Shown here piece by piece: positions 12,377-31,330 of a DNA stretch of 64,000 bases. A program made the position numbers and the translations under genes. The first letter of the stretch is position 1. Each line of letters starts with the position of its first letter. The notes under the pieces were generated by a model that did not search any database, had not been told where the DNA came from, and saw only the letters and a list, made by a program, of their open reading frames with translations. This stretch comes from Eledone cirrhosa (Eukaryota): assembly GCA_964016885.1 (NCBI GenBank), contig OZ024747.1, positions 65,906,001 to 65,970,000 of the forward strand. The letters are read 5' to 3'.

Positions 12377-12840
12377 CAGGTCACTCTTGAGTGCTACTGG
12401 TAACATGTAACCCAGTACAACCTGTCGCACAGTCGTGTCGTCGGCGACTAAACCGGCAACCCTACCAAGTTTACTTGGTGAGGAGGGTGATTTTGGACAC
12501 CCTGCAGGACAAAAACAAAACCTGACAAAGGGCGGAAGAACTCATAAGAGTCAACAGCCATTCAAAAGTGTGTAAACATGTATATACACATGTACAGCGT
12601 GGTTAAACCACTGGGAGTGAAGGACCCCTAGCCTTTGTCAGGGCATTCTTCTAAGAGAAGGCAACTCAGGAAACTGGGATAACTCCGATATAAAACCTGC
12701 GGCTCAGTAGTTACCCATGATGTTGATCTTTTCTTCTTTTCGGGTTATAGCTACTGTCGCTCAGAGAGTGGGATTGGCTCATTGCACAGTCTTTCCTCAC
12801 TTTAAAAACTATCTTCACGCACAGGCATTGCACGATAGAA
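12376..12840 (+). mobile_element. RTE-like non-autonomous element / 5' region
   Basis: Second copy of 9660-9842, plus an RTE-5'UTR-like tract (gggcattcttctaagagaaggcaactc…aaaacc). Family call from memory. Confidence 0.5.
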
Positions 12841-13793
12841 TTAATTAATAATTATTAATAGTGGTATATCGTTCAATGGCCATACTCGATAACGAGGGGG
12901 AAGCCATCATCATTATGTATGTATGCACGCGCGCACACATACATACATATTATATATATATAATATACGCATCTCCCTCTCTATATATACATATCCATAC
13001 ACAAACACATGCACACATACACATACTCATATATATTATATTATACACGAAGAATGCTAAATTAAGAAAAAATAAAATAAAAATACATGAATTAAATCCT
13101 AAGCTTTCAAATACTATATATAGAAGAAAAAAAATTGCAGAGTATGCATGCCTGCAAACTAGATATCACAAACTAAGATTTAACATATTTGTGTAAGCAA
13201 GAGACGAAAATAAGTAAAGGCGGTGTAAATAAAAATAAATCCGCCCCGTCATAAAATTACCATATCAAACTAGAGGAATTAAATGGACGCCACATATTTA
13301 AAGGAATGTATGCAACGGTAATTATAAAAATACAATGGTAAATAATGGTAAATAATAAAAAATAACTAGTGAAATTTAAGTCAAGCGTAGCTATTATTCG
13401 AGATAGATTGATAAATCGATAGATAGACAGAAAAATAGGTGAATAGGCAAATAGATAAATAGATGGAAGGCAAATGTATAGGTATGTAGATAGATGAATA
13501 GGTAGATTGATAGCTGGATAGACAGAAAGCTAAGTAGATAGCTAAATAGATGGACTGATAAATTAATAGATGGTCAGAAGGCTAGATAGATAGATAGGCA
13601 GATAGATGGTTATATAGAAGTGTAGAAAGATAGGTAGATAGATAGATATTTATCCCTCGATTCCATTCGAAGTAGAAAGCTACATTGACGATATTTTGCT
13701 GTTTAAACAGCTTACTTGTGTTGAGTTTTCCGCACTATCCTACGAAATCTTATATACTCGCGCTTCAAACTCGATATTCGATATAACTTTGTT

Positions 13794-13794
<1 letters not shown>

Positions 13795-13891
<97 letters not shown>
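13795..13891 (+). repeat. (TATC)n target of Tx1 copy 3
   Basis: Pure TATC run abutting the element 5' end. Confidence 0.95.
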
Positions 13892-14109
13892 AGACGTGTG
13901 TAACTTCGCGCAGAAGTTTCCGTTAATTTATGTAAGAAAAAAACGTGAGTTTTTAGTTAAATTTTATATCATTGTGTAACTTGACCCCCCGTCTGGACCT
14001 TCAGGTGGTGGGTCAACTCATTTTCGCCCCTACAGGGGCGGAATATCCATTTGAAAATTTTTTTCTCCATCGAATCTTGGAAAAAATATTGTAAAATTTT
14101 GATTACGTT

Positions 14110-16026
14110 ATGAACGCTGCGTCCAGCGATAATGGTGGTGGAGAGGCGGTAAGACTACAAAGCTCGCAGTCAACAACGTCTTCTTCACTAGATACTATAG
14201 AGATGGAAAGGCGAAATGAAAATGGAAAAACGAATTCATATCCAAACAACACAAATGACACCAAACAATTCAATGACAACAAAAATAACAGCAACACCAA
14301 TAATAATGATAAAAGCAACAATGATAACAACAACAAAGAAAAAAATAAAGACAACACCAATAACACCAGCATCAAAGACAACAACAACACCAAGGAAAAT
14401 ACGAATAATACCAACATCGGTGACAACAAGAATAACAACAACAATAACAACAATAATGACAACACCAACAACACGGATTCCACAAAGAAACCAAAATCTC
14501 CTTTGCAGAGAAAGTTCAAAAAAAGGAAGAATTGATATATCTCGACATAACAAATGCTGAACAACTTTTAAAGGACGCTAGGAGATATGTCACTTTCGAA
14601 AAAAATGGTGCTTTCAGCATCAATTATCCGGTAGAAATTTGCAAGGAAACTGCTCTTAAAACGATAGTTTTTAGGACAGTTTCCAATTCTACCCGAAAAC
14701 CAGTCCAATTGTCACATAAAGAAATTGAATGGTTTTCAAAAATTCAATGAATGATATTGCATTCATTCAAAGAAGCAAACTTTTTGGGAGTATTTCGGTA
14801 CTCATGAAGGATCAATTGACGGCCCAAAATTACTCTGTGTCGCCAATTGTATCCAACCTGTACACCTTTTTCCCTACATACATGGGAAAAAGGACACAAA
14901 AGATCAGAATCACGAGTGTCACACCAAAGGTGAACATATGGTGGATACTGTGCGGCTTCATCAATTTTGATGAAGCCAGAATACTGTCAGTAGGAAAGTC
15001 CCCCAGAGATGTATTCAATAGGACTAGCATTGAAGTTCTGGTGCAAATGAGCCCAGAGCGAATAGCTATGATCCCACAACGTGTACTCCTGGACGGACTC
15101 ACCTACATAAACTTTTCGGTTGAGGGTAGGCGGCCTTCATGTTACCATTGCTTTAGCAGGGGTCACCTGAGGGCTTCCTGTCCTAAATTAATGAATAAAA
15201 AAAGGCTCTTCTGCCGACACCCATCAAAACAACACAACCACCAACACCACCACAACAACAACAACACCAACACACAAAAATAACCACAACAAACACAGTC
15301 CACCCAACCCAAGCCCACTCCACCTAAAACCACTGCAAAATCACACACAGACACAACAGCTCCCCAAGACATACCTCTCCTCAATCACACAGACGATACA
15401 ACAGATGAGGCTATCTCGCCATCACCCAGTGAAGACGAGGGAGAACCCCATCGCTCGAAAAGAAAGAAAAGACATCACAAAAGCAAAAAACCAGCAAACA
15501 CTACCACAAACATACAACCACCAACACAAACAACAAAAACATCACAAACAAAACCCCCACCTCCTGAAAACAAAATACCTACAACAAAACGAAAGCACAC
15601 ACAAGAACTGCAGACAAAAACAAACACAACACAAGAAAATTACACTTACACTTACATAAACACTGAAAACAAAACACTAATGGAGACCATCACGAAGACC
15701 CTTCGGTGAAAACTGAAGGGAAAACTTTCGCCAACTCTATTAAAAATAGCAAAAAACTGAACCTAAAACTGATTAGGGTCCCTATACAAACTTATAGGTC
15801 CCTAAAAGAAACATTTGAGAAGGATGTGGGGAATTCCTGCGTGAAACCACTCAACCGCGTCCTTCTCAAATGTCTCCCCACCCCAGACACCCCCATCCCA
15901 CCAGACCCCACCCCACCAGACATCTCCGTCCCCACCCCGCCGGAAACCACCACCCATCCAGACAACCCCTCCAACACCCCCATGAAAATCGTGCGGCCTA
16001 GTCCCCAGGAAACGAAGGGTGAGTGA
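14110..16026 (+). pseudogene. ORF1 gag-like protein of copy 3
   Basis: Asn-rich N-terminus, conserved FRTVSN…F.PTYMGKRTQK domain, knuckle CYHCFSRGHLRASC, Thr/Pro/Gln linker, KP.NRVLLK C-terminal domain; split by frameshifts. Confidence 0.85.
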
Positions 16027-16059
16027 TCTCTTTTCCTCTTTTAACTTTTCAGCACCAAC

Positions 16060-19000
16060 ATGGCCAATATAAGAGTTGGATGTGTGAACGTACGCGGCCT
16101 GGGGATGCCCTGGAAACAGGGCAAACTCTTAAACGACCTCAGGTCGCACAGTATGGATGTGGTAGCCATTTGCGAGTCCAGGATCCACAGCGAGCGACAG
16201 CTGGCCCCCATCTTCGATGACTTTGAGATCTACGCATCTCTCTGTCAACCGGGGGGTGGGGACGGAGTTGCCGTTTTGCTGCGGAAACACCTGGGCCTCG
16301 TAACACAGACGGTACATCTGGACCCGGAGGGTCGACTGGTGGTCCGAGACGTTGACGGTAGTGAAGGTGGAGCCTTCAGGCTGGTGGCCGCATATGCCCC
16401 ATCCGGGACACCGCGGCCAGACTTCTTCAAACGTCTAGAGACTTTTCTGGGAACGTCCCGCTCCTTGCTTTTAGTGGGGGACTCTTTTAGTGGAATCCTA
16501 GATGTACCTTGGGACTATGTGGGAGCATGTCCCGATAAAGGGGGGTGTAACAGCCTCAAACAGTTAATCGACCGATTTGACCTGGCCGATAGATATCGAC
16601 TAGATTTTCCGACTGCGCCACTGTGGACGTGGAGTAATCGTAGCGGAACATCTAGATCGTACCTAGATAGGGTTCTAGTTAGAAATAAGGATAGGGACAT
16701 GTTAAGCTGTCCACAAATGTTCATGGTTGCCTATTCAGATCACAAACTAGTGACCTGCATGGCCAACCTTGATAGAACCCATAGACAAGGACCCGGCTAC
16801 TGGAAGCTGAACTTGTCGTTACCGACAAGCAAAGCCTACAGTAGACGGATTAGCACTTTAGTTAAACAGCACTTGACAGGGGCCATTGTCAACAACAGAT
16901 GGTGGTACTCTCTCAAGAGGGCAAGATTAGACTCGATAGTTTTTAGTAAAGAATTAGCGTTAGATAGAAATAGAACTGAGAAGGAACTGGTAGATAAAGT
17001 AGAAGAGGCAATTAGAAGTGGCAACGTAGCCAGCGTGTAAGCAACGAGAACGGCCTTGGACCAGTTCTTCGACGCAAAGCACGAGGGCTGCGTTGTCAGA
17101 AGCAAAATACGTGCTCTGGGAAACGAGGGAGCCAAAGCTGTTAGCTGGGCCCGAGTGACGGAAGCAAACAGTGGCAACAAGTCCACGATTCGGTCTTTGA
17201 AGGACCAAAACGGACGCGTGATACGTGAGCCGAAGCAGATGTGTGCGGCTTTTCAGCGGCTCAACTGTTGGGGGAGGGGGGGCCGGGAGAGGCTATGGAT
17301 TTCGGTCCATACCTCGATGGCCTACCGCGACTCTCGGACAGCGAGGCAAAGTTCTGCGAAAAGCCGATTTCAGCCACTGAGATAGGGGACGCGCTGAGCC
17401 AATGCGGCAAACGCAAATCTCCAGGTCTCGACGGTCTACCCTACGAATTTTACGTAGCAATGCCGGACTTATTCTCCGGTCTCCTGGAAGCGGTCTACTG
17501 CAACTGGCAACAGAACGGGAGAATTCCCAGTTCTGTAACCGGGGGCGTGGTCACGCTAATCAAGAAGGACGAGAATAAGGGGGATGACATAGGCAACTTC
17601 CGGCCCATAACTCTGCTAAACACAGAGTTACAGATTTTGGCCAAGGTGTTGGCAAAGAGGCTGGCGCTTGTCGTCGAGAACCTGGTGGGAGAAGCACAGA
17701 CATGCGCAATCCCGACCAGGTCCATACACGACAACCTCCACCTCATGCGATACATCATAGAGAGGGTAGGGTGTAAACCCGGCTTCGGTGGGGCCCTGAT
17801 CAACATGGATCAGTCTAAGGCTTTCGATAGGGTTGACCATCGTTACCTGGATGCGGTGCTCGAGGCGGCATGCTTCGGACCCGTGTTCAGGGGCTGGATT
17901 CCTGCAATGCACAACAGCAACATCTGCTCAAGGGTCAAGGTGAACGGCTACCTCTCGGAGCCGTTCCATATTACGCGATCCATTCGACAGGGATGCCCTC
18001 TCTCCTCCCTTCTGTACGTACTGACTCTCGAGCCACTACTGCGGAAGTTGGAGCTATTGCAGGGCATCCCTCTGGAACCGGGACTACGGAAAGCGGCGTC
18101 GGCCTACGCCGACGACGTGACAGTAATGGTGTCGAGCGCCTCGCAAATCGAGGAAGTCGCCACCTTACTGAAGGAATACGAAAGTTTCACAGGAGCGAAG
18201 CTGAACCGGGACAAGTCCATCGGTTTGCAACTCGGATCGTGGAGAGGCAAACCGATGCCTTCCGATGGCGTCGTCGGACGCTGGACGGAAGGACCGGTAA
18301 AGCTGCTCGGGGTCTGGTTTGGTCCGGACCTCCAGGTGGAGAAGAACTGGAACGAAGTGACGGCCAAGGTGTTTGCACTCACCCAGAAGTGGGCCGAGTG
18401 CAAACTATCCTTGAAAGGTCGAGCGGAGGTGGCGAACACTTTCATAGCGTCCGTCATCTACTACCGCTTGACCGTCGTGCCTTGTCCAGCCAAAACGCTC
18501 GCCAAAATGGAACGCGCGCTCTTCCGATTCCTTTGGAAGAGGCGGGCTCCTTTGGTGAGAAGATCCATCTGCTGCCAACACCCTTCTAACGGAGGGCTGG
18601 GGTTGCCGTGGTTGACGATGCGCAAACACGCGCTCAGGCTGCGGCATCTCTACGTATTCCTCACCGGACAACCGGTGTGGGCCCCGTCCGTGAGGCGAGC
18701 CTTCCCACGACTCGTCTCGCTGACCGAGCTGCAGTCCTGGGTCAAGCAAAGACCGAGGAAAATGGGCGACTGGCACATCGAATGTGCTCAGGCGCTCACA
18801 GCCCTCTGGCAGGCGGACCCGGCGATCAGTTGAGACTCCACTTCGTCATTCTATAGAGGGTTGATCCGCAGCAAGTGCGACGACGCGCTCGGTGAAACTC
18901 TAGGCGTAGAGGAAGATGAACTGGCCAGTCTATTCGGTAGGACCTTCCGCCCGGGACCGATGGACAACTTCCAAATGTCCCTGGCCTGGCAGTGCTACCG

Positions 19001-19486
19001 AGGAGCTCTACCAGCTCGAGAAAGCTCTACAGACATGGGCGCCCGGGCAGGGACCCTGCAAAAAAGATCTGTCCGAGGTGCGTGCGAGACGAAGAAACCG
19101 TCGCGCACGCATTCATACACTGCTCGGGCGTCACTGACCTGTGGGGCTATGTAGAACGACTATTGTCGCGGGTGGGACCAATCCAGTTGACCACCGAGTC
19201 CATTGTCATGATCAAACCGCCACCCTCCTTCAAAAACGAAGGAGAGGCGCTTTTCCTTTGTGTGATAGCCATGGCGAAAGAGGTTGAATGGTGGACAAGG
19301 TTGAACGGGCTGAGGTCAGACACCTTTCTCTCCGGCCAACAACTGATTCTTTTTTTCAAATACCACTTTGGAAGAAGAATCAGGATGGAGAGAGAGGTGC
19401 TGTACCCCAGCAAGTTTTATGAAAGGTGGGTGAAAGTGGCGAGAATGGCCCGAGTGAATGGGCCTTCTCTCTATATCAGCCTGTAG
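16060..19486 (+). pseudogene. ORF2 APE endonuclease-reverse transcriptase of copy 3
   Basis: MANIRVGCVNVRGL (APE start), SYLDR, YSDH, GYWKLN, YADD, CPRC…H…C; stops at 17040 and 18833 plus frameshifts. Confidence 0.93.
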
Positions 19487-19754
19487 GTTGAAGAAAAGGA
19501 GGAGGAGAGGAAAGGAGTACAAACTCTTCGTACTCCTGGAGACGAGGGTTGCACATTTTTTCGGGGGTATGTGTTACCCATATAAACTGTCTCCCCCTAT
19601 TGGGGAAAATAGACTAACTTTTTAAATTACATTTGTGATAACATTTTACACGTTTTTATTGTATGTAAACTTCCCCCTTTGTATTTGTCCCCTTCTTTTG
19701 TGCCCCTGTGGCTAATAAAGAAACATATCTATCTATCTATCTCTCTTTCTGTCT

Positions 19755-25629
<5,875 letters not shown>

Positions 25630-28600
25630 GACTGGACGTGTAAAATCTTCTATACAAAAACAGAATTTATTGTGTGAAAATTTATATTGTTTGATAGATT
25701 AACACCCAGGCTGAATTGTCAGTTGGGGGGTAATTTCTGTTTTAGTTTGAAATTTAGTTTGAAAAATGTTCAAAAAATTTAATATTTTTGCTATCGATAA
25801 TGGCTAGCTTAGTAGAAACAACGCCACCGAACGCTGACAAAGAAAGTAGAGAGAGAAATGCAGAGAGTAACGTTACCGCAACTTCTGCCTACATAGACGT
25901 CACCATGGAGACAAATAGTGACAACAAAGTTTTCTTTTGCCAAGAAGCCGAAAAATGAAACTTACAAGATGAACCACGCAGCTTAGAACAGACATCAAAA
26001 ACCACAAAAAATGAAACAATAGACACAACTACAAACGGAAAAATCGACAACCACAACAACAACAACAACACAAAAGAAAAAACTTTTACAGAAATAGTCA
26101 CAAATAATAATAACGTTACCTTTAACTCCGCATGTATTGGCGTCACCATGGAAGCCAATATGAACAACAAAAATAAAAACAAGATCGAACCACACAGTGT
26201 ACTACAGACACCAAAAACAACAGCAAATAAAACCATTGACACAACTACAAACGGAAAAACCGACAACCACAACAACAACAATAACAACAACACCAAACAA
26301 ACTTTTGCGCAAACAGTCATCAAGAAACAAGAGTTCAAAGATCTCGATATCTCCAATACGAAACAGATGCTCTCCGAAGCAAAGGAGTTTATCACTTTCG
26401 GTGAAAACGGTGGATTTCAGAAAACTCACCCCCAGAAATTCGTCTGGAAACATTTCGAAGGACAATTACCTTCAGAACTGTTTCAAATGAAACAAAACGA
26501 CCAGCATTCCTCAGTCAAGGGGGAAATTGAGGCAACCTTGAAGGATATATTGCCAAACATTGACTTTATGCAGAGGGTCAAACAGTACGGGAGATTTTCA
26601 GTACTCCTCAAAAGCGAGGCCCTTGCAAAAAGATACTCAGTGACACCAATACTGTCACCAAAATACACCTTTTCCCTACATACCTGGGAAAAAGGACACA
26701 AAAAATCAGAATTACAAACGTACCACCAAATATTAATATTTGGTGGATATTGGCAGGAATTTTAGAGGAGAGAAAAGACACCATTCTCTCCATGAAAAAA
26801 TCAAAAAGACATACGTGGTCTGGTACAAATTTGGAGATTCTGGTGCAAATGAGCCCGGAACGAATCTCCAAAATACCAGAAAAAGTGCTGGTGGACAACA
26901 ACAGCCACATAAGCATTTCGGTTGAGGGACAAAAACCACATTACTTTCGTTGCAATAGCACCACACATCTAAAGGCCTCCTGCCTTTACAAACACGCTCA
27001 ACCAAAACAATAAAAAGAAAACACTGTTACCAACACCAACACCAAAACAACCACCACCACAACAACAACAACAACACACAAAACAAACAAACACACCAAA
27101 ACAAACAGCCACTCAACCAACAACAACAGAAAAAAACCAGACAACACCCCTGAAAAACACAGCCCCACCTCATCCCGCTCCATCAAACACTATCATAAAC
27201 ACACACACCGAGATAACACCACCACACAACATACCCCTACCTCACACTCCTGACGAGGATTATTCATCAACAGATGAGGCTGCTTCTCCTTCTTTAAGTG
27301 AAGAAGGAGAGCCTGGGAAATCCAAAAAACAAAAAAAGAGACACCACAAAAACCCCAAAACTCCAATCACAAACACCAACACACAACCACAGACACAAAC
27401 AACTACACAAACAATACCACAGGCAAACATCCCCCTACCAGCAAAACCAACACCAACACCACCCCAAACACAAGCACCCACCATAAAAAGAAAACCCCGA
27501 ACGAACAACAAACAATAACAACACAACAAAAACACAAACAACAATACGCATACATCATCACAAACAACAAGAGTTTGATGGAGGTCATCTCCCAAAACCC
27601 CAAGGTGGAGACGGAGGGCAAAACTTTTGTTAAAGCAGAATCGTCTCCACACCTTAAACTTATAAGAATTTCTTTGGAGACCTATAGTGACCTGAAGAAC
27701 AAATTTTTGCAGGACGTGGGCAACCCCTGCCAGAAACCCATCAACCGCGTCCTGTTAAAATGTTTCCCCACCCAACCCAGCACCCCTCCAGCACCCAAAT
27801 GGAGATTGAACAACCCGATCTAAAGGAAACGAAAAGGTAAGTCCATCTTTTCGTCCTTTTTCGCCAACTCTTCTCCACCAACATGGCTAGTTTACGAGTT
27901 GGAAGTGAAAATGTGCGTGGCCTAGGGATGCCCTGGAAACAGAGCCAACTTTTAAATGACCTTAGGTCATACGGTATGGAAGTGATAGCCATCACCGAGT
28001 CCATCATCCACAACAGGCAGCAACTAACTCCCATCTTCAGTGACTTTGAGATCTACGCATCTCTCTGTCAGCCAGGAGGTGGAGGGAGAGTGGGTGTCAT
28101 GTTTCGGAAAAACCTGGACGTCAAAGTACAGCAAGTACACTTGGACCCGGAGAGTAGACTGGTAGTCCTAGACGTGAACAGTATTGGAGGTGGAGCCTTC
28201 AGACTGGTGGCCGTTTATGCCCCGACCGGGCATTTGCAATCGCCAGACTTCTTTAAGCGTCTAAAGTCTTTTCTGGGAACGTCTAGCTCCTTACTTTTAG
28301 TGGGGGACTGGAATGGTATCCTAGATGCACGATGGGACTATGTGGGAGCATGTCCCAGTAGAGGGGCGTGGGAACAGCCTCAAAAATTTAATCGGCCAAT
28401 TCCAACTGGCCGATAGATATCGACTAGATTTCCCGACTGCACCACAGTGGACGTGGGCAAACCGCAGCGGGACATCTAGATCGTATTTAGATAGGTTTTT
28501 CATTAGAGAGAAGGACAAGAAGATGTTAAGCTGTCCACAAATGCATATGGTTGCCTATTCAGACCACAAACTAGTCATCTGCATAGTCAACCGTGATAGA

Positions 28601-29781
28601 ATACATAGACAAGGACCCGGATACTGGAAGCTGAACATGTCGCTACCGACACGTAAAGCCTACAGTGAACGGATAAGTAGATTAGATAAGCAACAATTGA
28701 CGGGAGTCATCGTCAACAACAGATGGTAATACTCCCTCAAGAAAGCAACTAGAGTAGGGTCGATAGACTTTAGCAGAGAGTTAGCCTTAGAGAGAAACAA
28801 AACAGAAACAGAACTAGTAGCCATGGTATAGGAGGCGCTTAGGAGTGACAACGAAACTAGAGTGACAACGAGAACAGCACTGGACCAGTTCTTCGACGCG
28901 AAACACGAAGGCTGCGTGGTCAGAAGTAAATCACGTGCTCTAGGAAACGAGGGAGCGAAAGCTGTTAGCTGGGCCCGAGTGGTAGAGGCGAAAGTGGCAA
29001 CAAGTCCATGATTCGGTCTTTGAAAGACCAAAACGGACGCGAGCTACTTGACCCCAAGCGGATGTGCGCGGCCTTTCAGCGGCACTTTGCGCAATTGTTT
29101 GGGCAGTGTGACGGTGCGTCGAACGGGGCAATGGACTTCGGTTCATAATTCGACGGCCTGCCGCGTCTCTCGAGCATGGACGCCGAGTTCTGCGAAAGCC
29201 CGATCACGGCAACTGAGATACGGGATGCTCTGGGCCGCTGCAGCAAACGCAAATCACCCGGTCTAGATAGTCTACCCTATGAGTTTTACATAGGCATGCC
29301 GGACTTGTTCTCTGGTGTGCTTGAGGCCGTCTATTGCAACTGGCAGAACGGGAGAATTCCCAGTTCTGAAGGCAGGGGCGTAGTAACGCTGATCAGGAAA
29401 GACGAGAACGAAGGGAACGAACTAAGCAACTTTAGGCCCATAACTCTGCTCAACACAGAGTTAAAGATTTTGGCCAAGGTGTTGGCAACGAGGTTGGCGT
29501 TTGTCGTCGAGAACCTGGTAGGGAAAGTGCAAACGTGTGCAATCCCGACCAAGTCTATACACGACAACTTCCACCTCATTCGATACATCATAGAGAGGGT
29601 GGGTGTAAACCCGGCTTCGGTGGGGCTCTGATCAATTTAGATCAGTCTAAGGCGTTCGATAGTGTCGACCATCGATACTTGGAAGCAGTTCTCAAGGCGG
29701 CCGGTTTCGGACACGTCTTCAAAAGCTGGATCACCACAATGCACACCAACATCTGCTCGATGGTCAAGGTGAACAGCTACC
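25630..29781 (+). mobile_element. Tx1 copy 5, 3'-truncated inside RT
   Basis: ORF1 from ATG 25800 to ~27840; ORF2 from 27883 (MASLRVGSENVRGL); ends after …VKVNSYL at a palindrome. Confidence 0.92.
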
Positions 29782-29784
29782 TAC

Positions 29785-29969
29785 CATTTTATAGACTACA
29801 TGCCCATCTCACAATCCACGATTGCCTGGTGAACCATGCTAGAACATCACAGCTTGTCGTTCTTTAATTCGAATTAAAGAACGACAAGCTGTGATGTTCT
29901 AGCATGGTTCACCAGGCACCCAATTTGAATCATCGTGGATTGTGAGATGGGCATGTAGTCTATAAAATG
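29785..29969. repeat. Spacer-less palindrome at the breakpoint of copy 5
   Basis: Centre …taattc|gaatta… at 29870/29871; ~85 bp arms, with a short insertion in the right arm. Confidence 0.9.
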
Positions 29970-30559
29970 CGTTTCCTGGATTGTGAGAGTGGTGGTGTGT
30001 ACGAGGACAGTGGTGCTGTTTTGCTTCTCATTTGTAATATTTTTGATATTCTTGGTGTTTCTCCACACACGGGCTTCTATATCGTACAGGTGTGTGTAAA
30101 TAAAGCTTAACCAGTTCACCCCCATGATGCTCTTGATTGCCTGCTTTGACTGCTTGTTTTACTTGTAACAATCTGCCGCACTATAATCTTGTATAAATAG
30201 GACACGCGTGCATGCCACACGTGTGACTGTTGCATACACTGGCTACTCCAAACTTTCCTTTTGCTTTATCTTAGTAGACTGCCAATGTTTTATTTTAATT
30301 TTAATTTTGTCCTTTAATATGACTGTAATCTTTGTATGTAAATTACCATGCTATATTATTATAATGGAAGTCAACCCACTGTGGGTCAATATATACATAT
30401 GTTTCTATATGTCTCTTGTGTTGAAAAGGAGGTCAAGTATGTTAAAAATCACTGAATAATTGCTCCGAAGACTCCAAACCTCGGTTTGGAAGAAACAATT
30501 GTAAGCAGATAAATGATTTAAACAGAACTTTGTTTCATGTAATCTCTCTCTATATATAT

Positions 30560-31330
30560 ATATCTTTACACACGGTACTGGACGGAATTGCTTCCACATC
30601 ATTTATTCACATCTCGGGAACAATTTTGAATAGCGCCAGTTCGTAATTTGAACTCGGGAATTTTATATTCTCCGAGTGAAAAGATCCTTCTGACGAGAGT
30701 TTATCTTTACAATGGTGGGCCGCAAGGACTGTCCATTTATTTTTGAGACTCGAAACCGATTCGGTAAAGGTAACCATAGTGAGTACAGCGAATCTTTAAA
30801 AATTTATTTTGAAACTTTTTCTTATTTGCTAAACCTTGATTATATATGTTCTGGCTCGTTAATTTATTAACCTGCCATTGAACCACATTGGCATATGGTT
30901 GGACAATACATGTGTCCCTAGACGCTTTTTGCGTGTAGGGATATATACTTTATTATTATTCTCCTCTTGGTCGAGAAAAAAATTTGGTCGTTCTGACTGC
31001 TGCTAGTTATAGTGGTAGTAGACTGACCACCCTGCCTTTGCTTCTATCTTTACACACGGTACTGAACAGAATTGCTTCCACATCATTTATTCTCATCTCG
31101 GGAACAATTTTGAATAGCGCCAGTTCGTAATTTGAACTCGGGAATTTTATATTCTCCGAGTGAAAAGATCCTTCTGACGAGAGTTTATCTTTACAATGGT
31201 GGGCCGCAAGGACTGTCCATTTATTTTTGAGACTCGAAACCGATTCGGTAAAGGTAACCATAGTGAGTACAGCGAATTTTTAAAAATTTATTTTGAAACT
31301 TTTTCTTATTTGCTAAACCTTGATTATATA
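30560..31330 (+). repeat. Direct duplication of ~290 bp (30560-30847 and 31045-31330)
   Basis: Near-identical blocks from tatctttacacacggtactg to aaaccttgattatatat. Confidence 0.9.

Larger units (their letters stand above)
13892..19725 (+). mobile_element. Tx1 copy 3, full length (~5.8 kb), frameshifted
   Basis: 5' UTR, ORF1 14110-16026, ORF2 16060-19486, 3' UTR with AATAAA, then TATC. Confidence 0.95.

Noticed and set aside
12376-12460. HDV-like ribozyme at the 5' end of the RTE-like repeat
   Set aside because: Could not build the nested double pseudoknot by eye.
14103-14564. Hydrophobic antisense ORFs opposite ORF1 (also 3312-3686, 58400-59086)
   Set aside because: Reverse complements of AAC/ACC-rich tracts; no conservation between copies.
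16019-16052. 34-nt mini-intron between ORF1 and ORF2 in copy 3
   Set aside because: The nearby AG is absent in copies 4 and 5 and the intron would be very short; the distal acceptor at the ORF2 stop is the conserved one.
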